Positions 27,953 to 36,303 of a DNA stretch of 64,000 bases are shown here, piece after piece. A program made the position numbers and the translations under genes. Source of the DNA: Candidatus Dormiibacterota bacterium (lineage in GTDB: Bacteria; Chloroflexota; Dormibacteria; Aeolococcales; Aeolococcaceae); assembly GCA_036732145.1 (NCBI GenBank), contig DAINCY010000004.1, positions 8,870 through 72,869 on the forward strand, written 5' to 3'. The notes under the pieces were generated by a model. It searched no databases, was not told the origin of the DNA, and saw only the letters and a program-made list of their open reading frames with translations. The first letter of the stretch is position 1. Each line of letters starts with the position of its first letter.

Positions 27953-28007
27953 GCTGTCGACGAATCCGTGGTACATTGCGGCCGCCATAGATGCCTTGGA
28001 GGTTGTC

Positions 28008-28649
28008 ATGACAGAGCCGGTCGAGGGGCGTCAGCGCCAGATCCTCGAGTTCCTGCGCAGCCACGCCCGCCAGCACTCGTACCCACCGACGGTTCGCGAG
28101 ATCGGCCACGCGGTCGGGCTCAGCTCATCGTCGACGGTGCAGAACCATCTCAATGCGCTCGAGACCAAGGGACTGATCCGGCGCGATCCCACCAAGTCCC
28201 GGACGGTCGAGGTGGTCGGCGCTGAGGAGTTGGCCCTGCCCCTGGCGACCAACATCCTCCGCCTGCCGCTTGTCGGACGCGTCGCCGCGGGCACCCCGGT
28301 CCTCGCTGCAGAGAATGTCGAGGACCACATCTCGGTCGGTTCCGAGATTGCGGGTGGCGATGACGCCTACGCGCTGACCGTGCACGGCGACAGCATGATC
28401 GGCGCCGGTATCAACGACGGCGACATCGTGCTGGTGCGCCCGCGCCACGACGCCCCAGCCAACGGGACCATCGTGGTCGCCCGCCTCGAGAACGAGACCA
28501 CTGGCGAAGGCGAAGTGACTGTCAAGCGATTCTTTCGCGAGAACGGGAGAGTCCGACTCCAACCCGAAAATCCCAGCCTGGAGCCCATTTTCTCGCGCGA
28601 CGTCGCCATCGAGGGCGTCGTGACCGCGGTCATCCGCGTCATCGGTTAG
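28008..28649 (+). CDS. lexA: LexA repressor
   Basis: ATG 28008 lies 5 nt after GGAGG. N-terminal wHTH (YPPTVREIGHAVGLSSSSTVQNHLNALETKGLI), cleavage site VAAG, catalytic Ser (HGDSMIGAGI) and Lys (VTVKRF). Confidence 0.93.
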   Translation: MTEPVEGRQRQILEFLRSHARQHSYPPTVREIGHAVGLSSSSTVQNHLNALETKGLIRRDPTKSRTVEVVGAEELALPLATNILRLPLVGRVAAGTPVLAAENVEDHISVGSEIAGGDDAYALTVHGDSMIGAGINDGDIVLVRPRHDAPANGTIVVARLENETTGEGEVTVKRFFRENGRVRLQPENPSLEPIFSRDVAIEGVVTAVIRVIG

Positions 28650-28659
28650 GAGGGGGGAC

Positions 28660-29118
28660 CTACCCGGTGGAGGCAACCGCGTCGGGTCGCTCGTCCACCT
28701 GGGGCGCCTCAGGCAGGGCGCCGAGGAAGGCGTCGACGGCGGCGGCCAGCTCCTCCGATGCCTCGCCGTGGACGGTCACCCTGGTTCCGCCTTCGTCGTC
28801 AGCCACCGCGCTCACGGCCAGGTCGGGGCGCTTGCGATCGAGCAGCAGCGGGATGGCCGGCAGCACAGCCAGCGGCAGCAGCATGATGAACAACGGGCTC
28901 CACGCGGTGGCGATGAGAACGGCGAGGACGATTGCCACCGCCACCCCGACGGCGATGTCGGAGCCATAGCGGGAGCGGCGACGAGGTCGCAGCACGAGGT
29001 AATGCGTGCCGCGTTCCGCCACGGCTATGCCGGGCAGTGGGCGTGCGGCCACCTCGTCGAGGACGTCACCGGGTACCCGGCTGGTCCGAAGCGAGAATTG
29101 GTAGGGATTGCTGGGCAT
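28660..29118 (-). CDS. hypothetical membrane protein
   Basis: 152 aa with two central TM helices (IAVGVAVAIVLAVLIATAW / LFIMLLPLAVLPAIPLLL). No recognisable catalytic motif. Confidence 0.5.
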   Translation of the reverse strand: MPSNPYQFSLRTSRVPGDVLDEVAARPLPGIAVAERGTHYLVLRPRRRSRYGSDIAVGVAVAIVLAVLIATAWSPLFIMLLPLAVLPAIPLLLDRKRPDLAVSAVADDEGGTRVTVHGEASEELAAAVDAFLGALPEAPQVDERPDAVASTG

Positions 29119-29236
29119 CGCTCATGCGTGGACACGGGCTCCGGCTGCTGCGGGGAGCCGCGCGCGAATCGCGCCGAACCCTTTGTACGCCTTAAGCGTG
29201 CCGTCGCGCAGCCCAGCGGCGAAGAAAGGGCAGCCG

Positions 29237-30208
29237 ATGCTCGCTTCTGAGCCGCTCCTGCGCTACGGTGTGGGGGTGCTGCCATCGCCTGGGTCGGTGC
29301 CGTTCGACCCCGTGCTCGCCTCTGCGCTGGTCGTGGTCGCCGCGGTCGGGATCATGTCCGCCCGTGCCGCACGGGGTGAGCAGCGCGGGTTCTGGCGACG
29401 CACGGCGGGCTGGACGGCGACCCTCCTGCTGGCGGCCGCCTGGATCTCGCCGCTGCAGACCCTGGCGTCGCACTACCTGCTGACCGCGCACCTCGTCCAG
29501 ATCACCCTGGTGATGGGCGTGATCCCGCCCCTGCTGCTGCTGGCGCTTCCCAATCAGTGCAGCGTCACCGTCCCGGGTGGGCTGGCCCGGGTTGCCCGCC
29601 TCCTCGTGCACCCCGTGAGCGGAATTCTCGCCATCAACGTCGCGTTCTTCGGCTGGCACCTGACCGGGGCTTACGACGCCTCCCTGCGCAACCAGGAGCT
29701 GTACGCGTTGCAGCAGATCTCGCTGCTGGCGGCTTCCGCGCTGTTCTGGTGGCCGATCGTTGTGCCACTCGGGGATCGCCGCGTGTTGAGCCGCTGGGCC
29801 ACCCTCGGCTACATCCTCGTAGCCACGATTCCCCAGACCTTCGGCGGCATCACCGTGGCCCTTGCCAGACACGCGCTCTACCCCACGTACGGGCTGGCGC
29901 CACGCCTGTTCGGTGTCGGTGTGATGACCGACCAGCAGATCGCGGGGGCATGCATCGCGCTGGTCAGCAAGATCGCCCTGTTCACCGCCTTCGGCATCGT
30001 CTTCATGCGCATGCTCAACGAGGCACCGGGCGATGGCGGCGATGACGACGGCGGCGGCGGTCGGCGGCGGCGCGACAGCGACACGCCAAGCCCGCGGCCG
30101 TCGGGTTCGGTCCCGTGGCTCGCCGACCTCAACGCCGGGCGCACGGTCCCCGAGCCGGTGCCCGTGCGGATCAGGGTGCCGGCAGGAGCAGGTCCTCGCC
30201 GGGATTGA
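29237..30208 (+). CDS. cytochrome c oxidase assembly factor CtaG-like (caa3-type) membrane protein
   Basis: Multi-TM protein with WISPLQTLASHYLLTAHLVQITLVM...FFGWHL...ALFWWPIV...MTDQQIAGA, the pattern of the Caa3_CtaG family. The start is taken at ATG 29237 (MLASEPLL). Confidence 0.65.
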   Translation: MLASEPLLRYGVGVLPSPGSVPFDPVLASALVVVAAVGIMSARAARGEQRGFWRRTAGWTATLLLAAAWISPLQTLASHYLLTAHLVQITLVMGVIPPLLLLALPNQCSVTVPGGLARVARLLVHPVSGILAINVAFFGWHLTGAYDASLRNQELYALQQISLLAASALFWWPIVVPLGDRRVLSRWATLGYILVATIPQTFGGITVALARHALYPTYGLAPRLFGVGVMTDQQIAGACIALVSKIALFTAFGIVFMRMLNEAPGDGGDDDGGGGRRRRDSDTPSPRPSGSVPWLADLNAGRTVPEPVPVRIRVPAGAGPRRD

Positions 30209-30485
30209 TCGAGCTCCCGGCCAGATGGTTGAGACCGATGATCTGGTCGATATGGTCGCGCACGTCACCGCTCGAGTAGTGGTTGGCGGCGATCGTCCAC
30301 AGGGTGTCGCCGGCGTGGACCTTGACGTGCAGAGGCTGGCCGACGCTGAAGCCGCCGTAGACGTTGCCGCCGAGGAAGAGCAGGCCGGCGGCGGCGGTGG
30401 CGACGCCGGCCGCAACCACCCGAGGATCGCGCTGCCAACGGCGCCGGCGTGGGCGGCGCACCGCCGCGCTCAGGTCCCTGATCAT
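30171..30485 (-). CDS. small Arg-rich / single-TM / LysM-domain protein (YneA/ChiZ-like architecture)
   Basis: ATG at 30485 ([22 protein letters not shown]), TM helix [18 protein letters not shown], and LysM domain [18 protein letters not shown]...IIGLNHL...[10 protein letters not shown]. Two LexA-type boxes lie just upstream. Confidence 0.8.
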   Translation of the reverse strand: MIRDLSAAVRRPRRRRWQRDPRVVAAGVATAAAGLLFLGGNVYGGFSVGQPLHVKVHAGDTLWTIAANHYSSGDVRDHIDQIIGLNHLAGSSINPGEDLLLPAP

Positions 30486-30498
30486 CGATCGTTCGCCC

Positions 30499-30510
30499 AA
30501 ACGGATGTTC
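30499..30510. promoter_or_regulatory. LexA box A in the LysM/NUDIX divergent intergenic region
   Basis: AAACGGATGTTC is the reverse complement of GAACATCCGTTT. With its flanks it forms a 16-nt exact copy of the lexA operator at 27937..27952. It sits 14 nt upstream of the LysM gene ATG. Confidence 0.65.
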
Positions 30511-30529
30511 CCACGTGCCCACGGTACAG

Positions 30530-30543
30530 CGAACAGCTGTTCG
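30530..30543. promoter_or_regulatory. LexA box B (perfect palindrome)
   Basis: CGAACAGCTGTTCG is a perfect 14-nt palindrome matching the Gram-positive Cheo-box form CGAAC-N4-GTTCG. It lies just upstream of the NUDIX -10 element. Confidence 0.7.
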
Positions 30544-30568
30544 TGTCAACCTGTCCCGGGCGGGTGGG

Positions 30569-30574
30569 GATAAT
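30569..30574 (+). promoter_or_regulatory. -10 element of a leaderless NUDIX transcript
   Basis: GATAAT followed by exactly 6 nt and then ATG 30581, with no SD. A GTCAAC/TCAACC -35-like sequence lies 17-18 nt upstream. Confidence 0.45.
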
Positions 30575-30580
30575 CCAGCG

Positions 30581-31036
30581 ATGAGCAACCCCGCCGTTCG
30601 CGTAAGGGTCGCGGTGTGCCTCTGCGATGGTGATCGCATCCTGCTTGCCGAGCACGTCAAGCACGGCCAGCGCCATTGGCTCCTGCCGGGTGGGGGAGTC
30701 GAGGTCGGAGAGACCCTGATCGAGGCAGCCACCCGCGAACTGCTCGAGGAGACCGGCCTGGTGGTGGACGTGGGGCGACTGGTCCTGGTGTGCGAAGCCA
30801 TCGAGCCGGCCGGCCGGCACCTGCTCAACCTGGTGTTCGCCGCCACCACCACTCCCGGAGGGGAGCTGCGTGTGGGCCGCGACGGGGTCCTGGACGATGT
30901 CGCCTGGCACCACCGCGACGAGCTCGCCACCATCGACCTGCATCCGCCGATCGGCGCCGAGGTGCTCGCCTGCTGGAGCGAGGACTTCGCGGGACCGGTG
31001 CGCGTCCTGGGCAACGTCTGGCGCGCCGCGCGCTGA
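30581..31036 (+). CDS. NUDIX hydrolase
   Basis: Nudix box [24 protein letters not shown] (GX5EX7REUXEEXGU). 151 aa from ATG 30581. Confidence 0.88.
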   Translation: MSNPAVRVRVAVCLCDGDRILLAEHVKHGQRHWLLPGGGVEVGETLIEAATRELLEETGLVVDVGRLVLVCEAIEPAGRHLLNLVFAATTTPGGELRVGRDGVLDDVAWHHRDELATIDLHPPIGAEVLACWSEDFAGPVRVLGNVWRAAR

Positions 31037-31079
31037 GCGAGGCGCGTCTGTCCAGCTTGTCGAGGGTCGGCCGGATGCC

Positions 31080-32129
31080 TCAACCAGCCGTGCTGATCTC
31101 GACCTCATGCAGGTAGTCGCCGAGGCGCTGGTAGGCGGCGCGCTTGCGTTTGTCGGTGATCTCCGTGTACACCCGGAGCGTTTCCAGGGTGGCGTGGCCC
31201 AGCACCTCTTGGACGAGTCGCACGTCACCGTCGGTGGCCTCGAGCAGGGTGGTGGCCGCGGTGTGCCGCGCCGCGTGCGGCGTGCGCAGGTCGTCGATGA
31301 GCGCGAAGAGGACGGGATCGGCGCTGAAGCGGTGTCGCAGCGCGCGCAGGGCGTGACGAGCACCGTCGGTGGTGAGCCGGTTGTGGGGGAGGGAACGCCC
31401 CTTGGGCATGTCGGCGCGGGCCACGCTGATGAACAGCGCCGGCGAAGGGTCGGGACCACGCCTGCGGAGGTAGTCCTTGACCGCGGCGTGCGCGTTCTCC
31501 GTGAGGTACACGGTGCGGTGTTTGCCGCCCTTGCCGAGGACGCGAAAGCCATCGGCGCGCACGTCGCCGCGATCGAGCGCTGTGGCCTCGGAGATCCGGC
31601 AGCCGGTGCTGATGAGAAGGTGGATGAGCGCCCGATCACGGAGATCGCGCAGGCTATCGATGGGGAGGGCAGCGAGCAAACCGGGCACGGTCTGCGTGGC
31701 GACCGGATGGGGATCGCCGACGACGTACCGGGGAACGCTCACCTGCCGGCTCAGCTCGGCGTCACTCCAGCCTTCGTCGTACGCGTAGGAGAGGAATTGG
31801 CGCAGGGCGACGAGCGCGCGGGCGCGCGTCCGCGGATTGGGCAGCACCTCGGCCAGCTCGATCTGGTAGCGGCGCAGCACGGCGCGATCAACGGCCGCAG
31901 TGAAGTCGCCGGCCAGCGGGCGCCGAGGCAGGAAGGCGACGAACTTGGCGAGATCCTGGCGATAGGCCCGCACCGTGGTGAGGGGGCGGTTGCGCTGGAT
32001 CCGCAGCCAGTCGAGAAACTGCTGCACCTGGTCAGGGAGGGGGTCGGAGGGTCCCGGGATCTCGGCCACCCAGGCGGGGAGGCGGCTGGCCGACGGCGCG
32101 GTGGGACGGCGGGAGCGGGGAGCGGCCAC
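31080..32129 (-). CDS. tyrosine site-specific recombinase, XerC/XerD family
   Basis: N-terminal SAM-like domain (FLDWLRIQRNRPLTTVRAYRQDLAKF). Catalytic residues in context: TGCRISEATAL (Arg), HAARHTAAT (His-x-x-Arg), LGHATLETLRVYTE (His, Tyr). The start may be the GTG about 20 codons downstream. Confidence 0.82.
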   Translation of the reverse strand: MAAPRSRRPTAPSASRLPAWVAEIPGPSDPLPDQVQQFLDWLRIQRNRPLTTVRAYRQDLAKFVAFLPRRPLAGDFTAAVDRAVLRRYQIELAEVLPNPRTRARALVALRQFLSYAYDEGWSDAELSRQVSVPRYVVGDPHPVATQTVPGLLAALPIDSLRDLRDRALIHLLISTGCRISEATALDRGDVRADGFRVLGKGGKHRTVYLTENAHAAVKDYLRRRGPDPSPALFISVARADMPKGRSLPHNRLTTDGARHALRALRHRFSADPVLFALIDDLRTPHAARHTAATTLLEATDGDVRLVQEVLGHATLETLRVYTEITDKRKRAAYQRLGDYLHEVEISTAG

Positions 32130-32235
32130 CTTCGTATTATCAGGAGCTTGGGATATTCGTGGGGGGTTTCGGGCGGACGCGCTGGCGGAGCGACGGTGGT
32201 ACCTTCATCACCATCGAGCTATATGCCCAGTAGTG

Positions 32236-32241
32236 CATACT
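32236..32241 (+). promoter_or_regulatory. candidate -10 element giving a leaderless arsR-family transcript
   Basis: TGCATACTC with hexamer CATACT, then 6 nt, then ATG 32248. The same TGCATACTC-N5-start arrangement occurs at 44116..44132. Confidence 0.35.
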
Positions 32242-32247
32242 CTGAGC

Positions 32248-32577
32248 ATGGCCACGACATTCGAGGTGCTGGGGGAGCCGAATCGCCGGCTGATACTCGA
32301 GTTGCTCCGATCGGCGGAACGTCCAGTCGGTGAGCTGGTCGAGGCCACAACCTTGAGTCAGCCTGCCGTCTCCAAGCATCTGCGGGTGCTCCGCCGAGCT
32401 GGGCTGGTCGAGGTCCGCACCGACGCGCAACGGCGCATCTACCGGCTCCGAGCCGAGCCCCTGCGAGCCGTGGACGACTGGCTGAGGCCGTACCGCCGGC
32501 TCTGGGCGCCGCGACCTGATCCACGGGAGCGGCCCCTGGACGCCATGGACGACGACGACCCCGATGCGAGACCGTGA
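32248..32577 (+). CDS. ArsR/SmtB-family transcriptional regulator
   Basis: MATTFEVLGEPNRRLILELLRSAERPVGELVEATTLSQPAVSKHLRVLRRAGLVEVR..., canonical ArsR wHTH. 109 aa. Confidence 0.88.
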   Translation: MATTFEVLGEPNRRLILELLRSAERPVGELVEATTLSQPAVSKHLRVLRRAGLVEVRTDAQRRIYRLRAEPLRAVDDWLRPYRRLWAPRPDPRERPLDAMDDDDPDARP

Positions 32578-32768
32578 AGACCGCGACCGGAGAAGGCGAC
32601 GAGATGCCGCCGGGGGAGATCGGACCGGAAGATCGAGGTTCACCGAGATGGCTATATCGTGAGAATATGCATTATCAGTAGCTTCAGCCCGGGAGTCACG
32701 GCACCTCTCCGGGCGGCGCAAGTCCTCAGCCGGGTGAGCACCGACCTATGCTGTCCCGATGATGCCCG

Positions 32769-33653
32769 GTGGTCCCCGCCATGACCCTCGCTGAGCGCAT
32801 GCCGGCGGCCTTCATCGGTCACGGCAGCCCGATGAACGCCCTGGAGCGCAACCGCTACACGGACTCCTGGCGCGCATTTGCTGCCGAGATCCCCCGGCCA
32901 CGTGCCATCCTGGCGGTCTCGGCGCATTGGTACATCAACGGCACCGCGGTCACCGCCATGGCGCGGCCACGAACCATCCACGATTTCTACGGGTTCCCCG
33001 ACGCCCTGTTCGCCCTCGAGTACGCCGCCCCCGGCTCGCCGGAGGTTGCCGACGAGGTGGTGCGCGTCGCCGCCCCGATGTGGGTCGGTCTGGACCGCGA
33101 TGCGTGGGGAATCGACCACGGTGCCTGGTCGGTGCTGTGCCACATGTACCCGGACGCGGACGTGCCGGTCGTGCAGCTGTCGATCGATGCGACCAAGCCC
33201 TTCCAGTACCACCTCGCCCTGGGCTCGAGGCTGGCGCCCCTCCGAGACCAGGGCGTCCTGATCGTCGGCAGCGGCAACATCGTCCACAACCTGCCCCGGA
33301 TGGACGCGAGCCGCCCCCACACGGGCTTCGACTGGGCGCAGCGCTTCGATCGCGACGCCCGCGCGATTCTCACCGAGGAGCCCGGGTCCATCCTCGACCT
33401 CACGCAGCACGCGGACTTCGCCCTGGCTGTGCCGACCCCGGACCACTTCCTGCCGTCCGTCTTCATCGCCGGCCTGGCAGCCGAGTCCGGAGAGTCGCTC
33501 GACGTCCTTGTCGACGGCTGCGCGTACGGAAGCCTCTCGATGACCTCCTACGGCCTCGGCGCCAGACCGGTCGACGTCGCCGCCGAGACTGACTCCTCGG
33601 AGGCGGGCAGCCTGCCCGACTCAACCGTGCCGCTGGCCAGCTCCAACCTCTGA
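32769..33653 (+). CDS. class III extradiol dioxygenase (LigB / YgiD 4,5-DOPA dioxygenase family)
   Basis: AFIGHGSPMNAL...ILAVSAHW...IHDFYGFP...WGIDHGAWSVL...VGSGNIVHNL match the YgiD family. Confidence 0.85.
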   Translation: MVPAMTLAERMPAAFIGHGSPMNALERNRYTDSWRAFAAEIPRPRAILAVSAHWYINGTAVTAMARPRTIHDFYGFPDALFALEYAAPGSPEVADEVVRVAAPMWVGLDRDAWGIDHGAWSVLCHMYPDADVPVVQLSIDATKPFQYHLALGSRLAPLRDQGVLIVGSGNIVHNLPRMDASRPHTGFDWAQRFDRDARAILTEEPGSILDLTQHADFALAVPTPDHFLPSVFIAGLAAESGESLDVLVDGCAYGSLSMTSYGLGARPVDVAAETDSSEAGSLPDSTVPLASSNL

Positions 33654-33712
33654 GCGCGGTCCGCTGCGCGGCATGGGGGTCACAAGATGGTCTCCGGCGG
33701 TGCTGTAACTGT

Positions 33713-34255
33713 ATGAATGGAGAGGCCGTCTGGCGCATGACCGTCCCCCCCGCCGTCTCCGAGACCACGGACAAGGCGTTCGATCGCGTCTTTCGAGCCG
33801 AATACGCCCGCGTGGTGGCAATCGCCGCCCGCGTCCTCGGGGACAACAGCCGGGCCGAGGACGTCGCACAGGACGCCTTCCTGGCCCTCCATCGCCGCCA
33901 CTGCAGCGACCAGGCCTGGGCAGGTGGCTGGGTCTGCGCGGCGGCCGCCCACGGGGCGCTGAACGTGATCCGTGCTGACCGGCGACGCACTCGACGCGAG
34001 CAGCTGGCCGCGCCGTCGTCCGCGGCGGTCGATCCTGCCGTGGCGGTGGAGCGAGCCGATGACGGCCGGGTGTTGCGAGCTTCGCTTGCCCGGTTGCCGC
34101 GACGGGCGGCGACGGTGCTGGTACTGCGCCACAGCGGGTTGAGCTATGCAGAGGTGGCGGCGGCGATGAGCGTCAAGCAGGGTGATGTGGGAACGATGTT
34201 GCGGCGCGCTGAATCGGCGCTGCGTAAGGAGGTTGAACGTGCGGCATCTCAATGA
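33713..34255 (+). CDS. ECF-type RNA polymerase sigma factor
   Basis: Region 2 (FRAEYARVVAIAARVLGDNSRAEDVAQDAFLALHRR) and region 4 HTH (LSYAEVAAAMSVKQGDVGTMLRRAESALRKE). Confidence 0.85.
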   Translation: MNGEAVWRMTVPPAVSETTDKAFDRVFRAEYARVVAIAARVLGDNSRAEDVAQDAFLALHRRHCSDQAWAGGWVCAAAAHGALNVIRADRRRTRREQLAAPSSAAVDPAVAVERADDGRVLRASLARLPRRAATVLVLRHSGLSYAEVAAAMSVKQGDVGTMLRRAESALRKEVERAASQ

Positions 34256-35342
34256 CGGGGCGCTGCGCCGTGTTCATGACGACAGGTTCGCCGTGTCCAA
34301 CCGCGAACGCGAACATCTCGATGGGTGTGACCGCTGCGGTCGACGTGCCCAGCGCGTTGCCGCCGACGCGGCGCACGCGGCCCAGCTGCTGGCCGGCCCG
34401 CTGGCCGCGACCACGGCGACCGAGGCCGCGCTGGGACGGTTGCGTGAGAGCGTCGTGTCCGGTGCGGCCGATGGTGGCCGCGTCCTGCGCACCCCGCCGC
34501 GGGTCGTGGCGCGCCGGTGGGCGATCGGGGTCATCGCGGTGCCGGTGGTTGCGGCCGGCTTCGTCGTCTCGGCCAACGCGGCCGGGTGGCTCTCGATCTT
34601 CTCCCCCACCAAGGTGGCTCCCATTGCCCTCACCGTCGGTGACCTGACCGGCCTACCCGACCTCTCCGCCTACGGCCACATGCAGCTCAGCAAGCTCGAT
34701 CCACGGCCGGTGTCGGATGGCGCGCAGGCTGCGGCGGCCACCGGCCTGCGGCCTCTCCGGCCAACGCTACCCGCCAACATCCCCGCCAGTGTGCGCTGGG
34801 AGGTCGTCGACCACGGCACCGCGACGTTCACACTCGATGCTGCCACCGCAGCCGCGGCCGCGGCGCGCAGCGGACGATCGGCAGCCGTCATCCCAGCTGG
34901 ACTGAATGGCACCTCGGTGACCGTCACCGGCGGGCCGGCGATGGTCGCGGTGTACGGAGGTGGGTCGGCCACCTCGGGAGAGCAGGTCGCGGCGAATCCG
35001 CCCAGCCTGGTCATCGCTGAAGGCGTGCGACCCACGGCATCGACCAATGGCGCCACGCTGCAGCAGCTCGAGGACTTCCTGGTCGCGCAACCAGATGTGT
35101 CTCCACAGCTCGCCGCGGAGATCCGCGCGATCGGCGACCCCGCGAGCACGCTGCCGATCCCGGTCATCACGGGTTTGATGACCTCGCAGACCATCTCGAT
35201 CGATGGCGTGCAGGGCGTGGTGACGGGCGACTCGACGGGCTTGGGGTCTGCCGTGATCTGGGAGAAGGACGGCGTCGTCTACGCTGTCGGCGGCCTTCTT
35301 TCCCAGAACGAGGTGGTCGACATTGCCCGCTCACTCCACTGA
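34239..35342 (+). CDS. putative anti-sigma factor with single TM and large extracytoplasmic domain
   Basis: GTG 34239 lies 6 nt after AAGGAGG and overlaps the sigma gene end. N-terminal zf-HC2-like H-x3-C-x2-C (EHLDGCDRCG), TM helix (WAIGVIAVPVVAAGFVVSA), and an Ala/Gly-rich outer domain. Confidence 0.65.
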   Translation: MRHLNDGALRRVHDDRFAVSNREREHLDGCDRCGRRAQRVAADAAHAAQLLAGPLAATTATEAALGRLRESVVSGAADGGRVLRTPPRVVARRWAIGVIAVPVVAAGFVVSANAAGWLSIFSPTKVAPIALTVGDLTGLPDLSAYGHMQLSKLDPRPVSDGAQAAAATGLRPLRPTLPANIPASVRWEVVDHGTATFTLDAATAAAAAARSGRSAAVIPAGLNGTSVTVTGGPAMVAVYGGGSATSGEQVAANPPSLVIAEGVRPTASTNGATLQQLEDFLVAQPDVSPQLAAEIRAIGDPASTLPIPVITGLMTSQTISIDGVQGVVTGDSTGLGSAVIWEKDGVVYAVGGLLSQNEVVDIARSLH

Positions 35343-36303
35343 GGTCGCCGATGGCTCCGGTCTTTCACCGCGCGTCACCGGAGGCGACGTCCCGGCCATT
35401 CACGCCGTCGATCTCACCAAGACCTACGGTCACATCGAGGCGCTCGCCGGCCTGAGCATGTCCGTGCCTCGCGGCGAGATCTTCGGCTTTCTCGGCCCCA
35501 ATGGCGCGGGCAAAACCACAGCGGTGAAGTTGCTCCTTGGGCTGACCACACCGACCGCAGGGGACGCCTGGCTGTTGGGCGAGCCGATCGGGCGGGCTGA
35601 GGCGCGCCGCCGTGTGGGCTATCTTCCCGAGCTCTTCCGCTACCCGGCATGGCTCTCACCGGTCGAGGTGCTGCGCTTCCACTGCCGTCTCATCGGTGTC
35701 CCCCGCCCGCAACGCGACACGGAGATCGAGTCGTCGCTGACCACCGTTGGACTGCGCGAGCGAGGCCTCGACAGGGTGGGGACGTTCTCCAAGGGAATGC
35801 AGCAGCGCCTCGGTCTCGCAGTGGCGATGCTCGGAGCACCGGAGATCGTGTTCCTTGACGAGCCCACCTCGGCCCTCGACCCGGTCGGTCGCCACGACGT
35901 ACGCGAAATCATCCGGGCTCTGCGCTCCAAGGGGACGGCCGTGTTCCTCAACTCCCACCTGCTCAGCGAGGTCGAGCAGGTGTGCGACCGCGTTGCCGTC
36001 GTCGACCGAGGTCGGGTGATCGCGTCGGGTACTCTCGACGAGATCCTCGATGGCGGCGCGGGCGTGCGCCTCCGAGTGAGCGGGCTCGACGGCCTCCCTC
36101 GACTGCTGTCTCGCTGGGGAGAGGTGGCCGCCGAGGGCGAGTGGATCAGCGTGCGCGGCGTGGACAGCGAAGCCGTCGCCGACATCGTCGCCGAGGTGGT
36201 GGCTCGTGGCGGCCGGGTCCATGCCGTCGAGCCACAGCGCCAGTCGCTCGAGGATCGGTTCCTCGAGGTACTCCGAGTCGCCGATGACCAGGCCGTCGCA
36301 TGA
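35323..36303 (+). CDS. ABC transporter ATP-binding protein
   Basis: Walker A GPNGAGKTT, signature FSKGMQQRL, Walker B IVFLDEPTSALD. Confidence 0.88.
   Translation: MPAHSTEVADGSGLSPRVTGGDVPAIHAVDLTKTYGHIEALAGLSMSVPRGEIFGFLGPNGAGKTTAVKLLLGLTTPTAGDAWLLGEPIGRAEARRRVGYLPELFRYPAWLSPVEVLRFHCRLIGVPRPQRDTEIESSLTTVGLRERGLDRVGTFSKGMQQRLGLAVAMLGAPEIVFLDEPTSALDPVGRHDVREIIRALRSKGTAVFLNSHLLSEVEQVCDRVAVVDRGRVIASGTLDEILDGGAGVRLRVSGLDGLPRLLSRWGEVAAEGEWISVRGVDSEAVADIVAEVVARGGRVHAVEPQRQSLEDRFLEVLRVADDQAVA

Noticed and set aside
31080-32129. Tyrosine recombinase as the integrase of an integrated mobile element or prophage.
   Set aside because: There is no adjacent tRNA/tmRNA gene, no clear long direct repeats, and no phage or conjugation genes. 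The XerC/D-like motifs and a neighbouring NUDIX gene resemble the chromosomal xerD context known in mycobacteria. Only the weak AT-rich word sharing around arsR remains, and that is reported separately at low interest.
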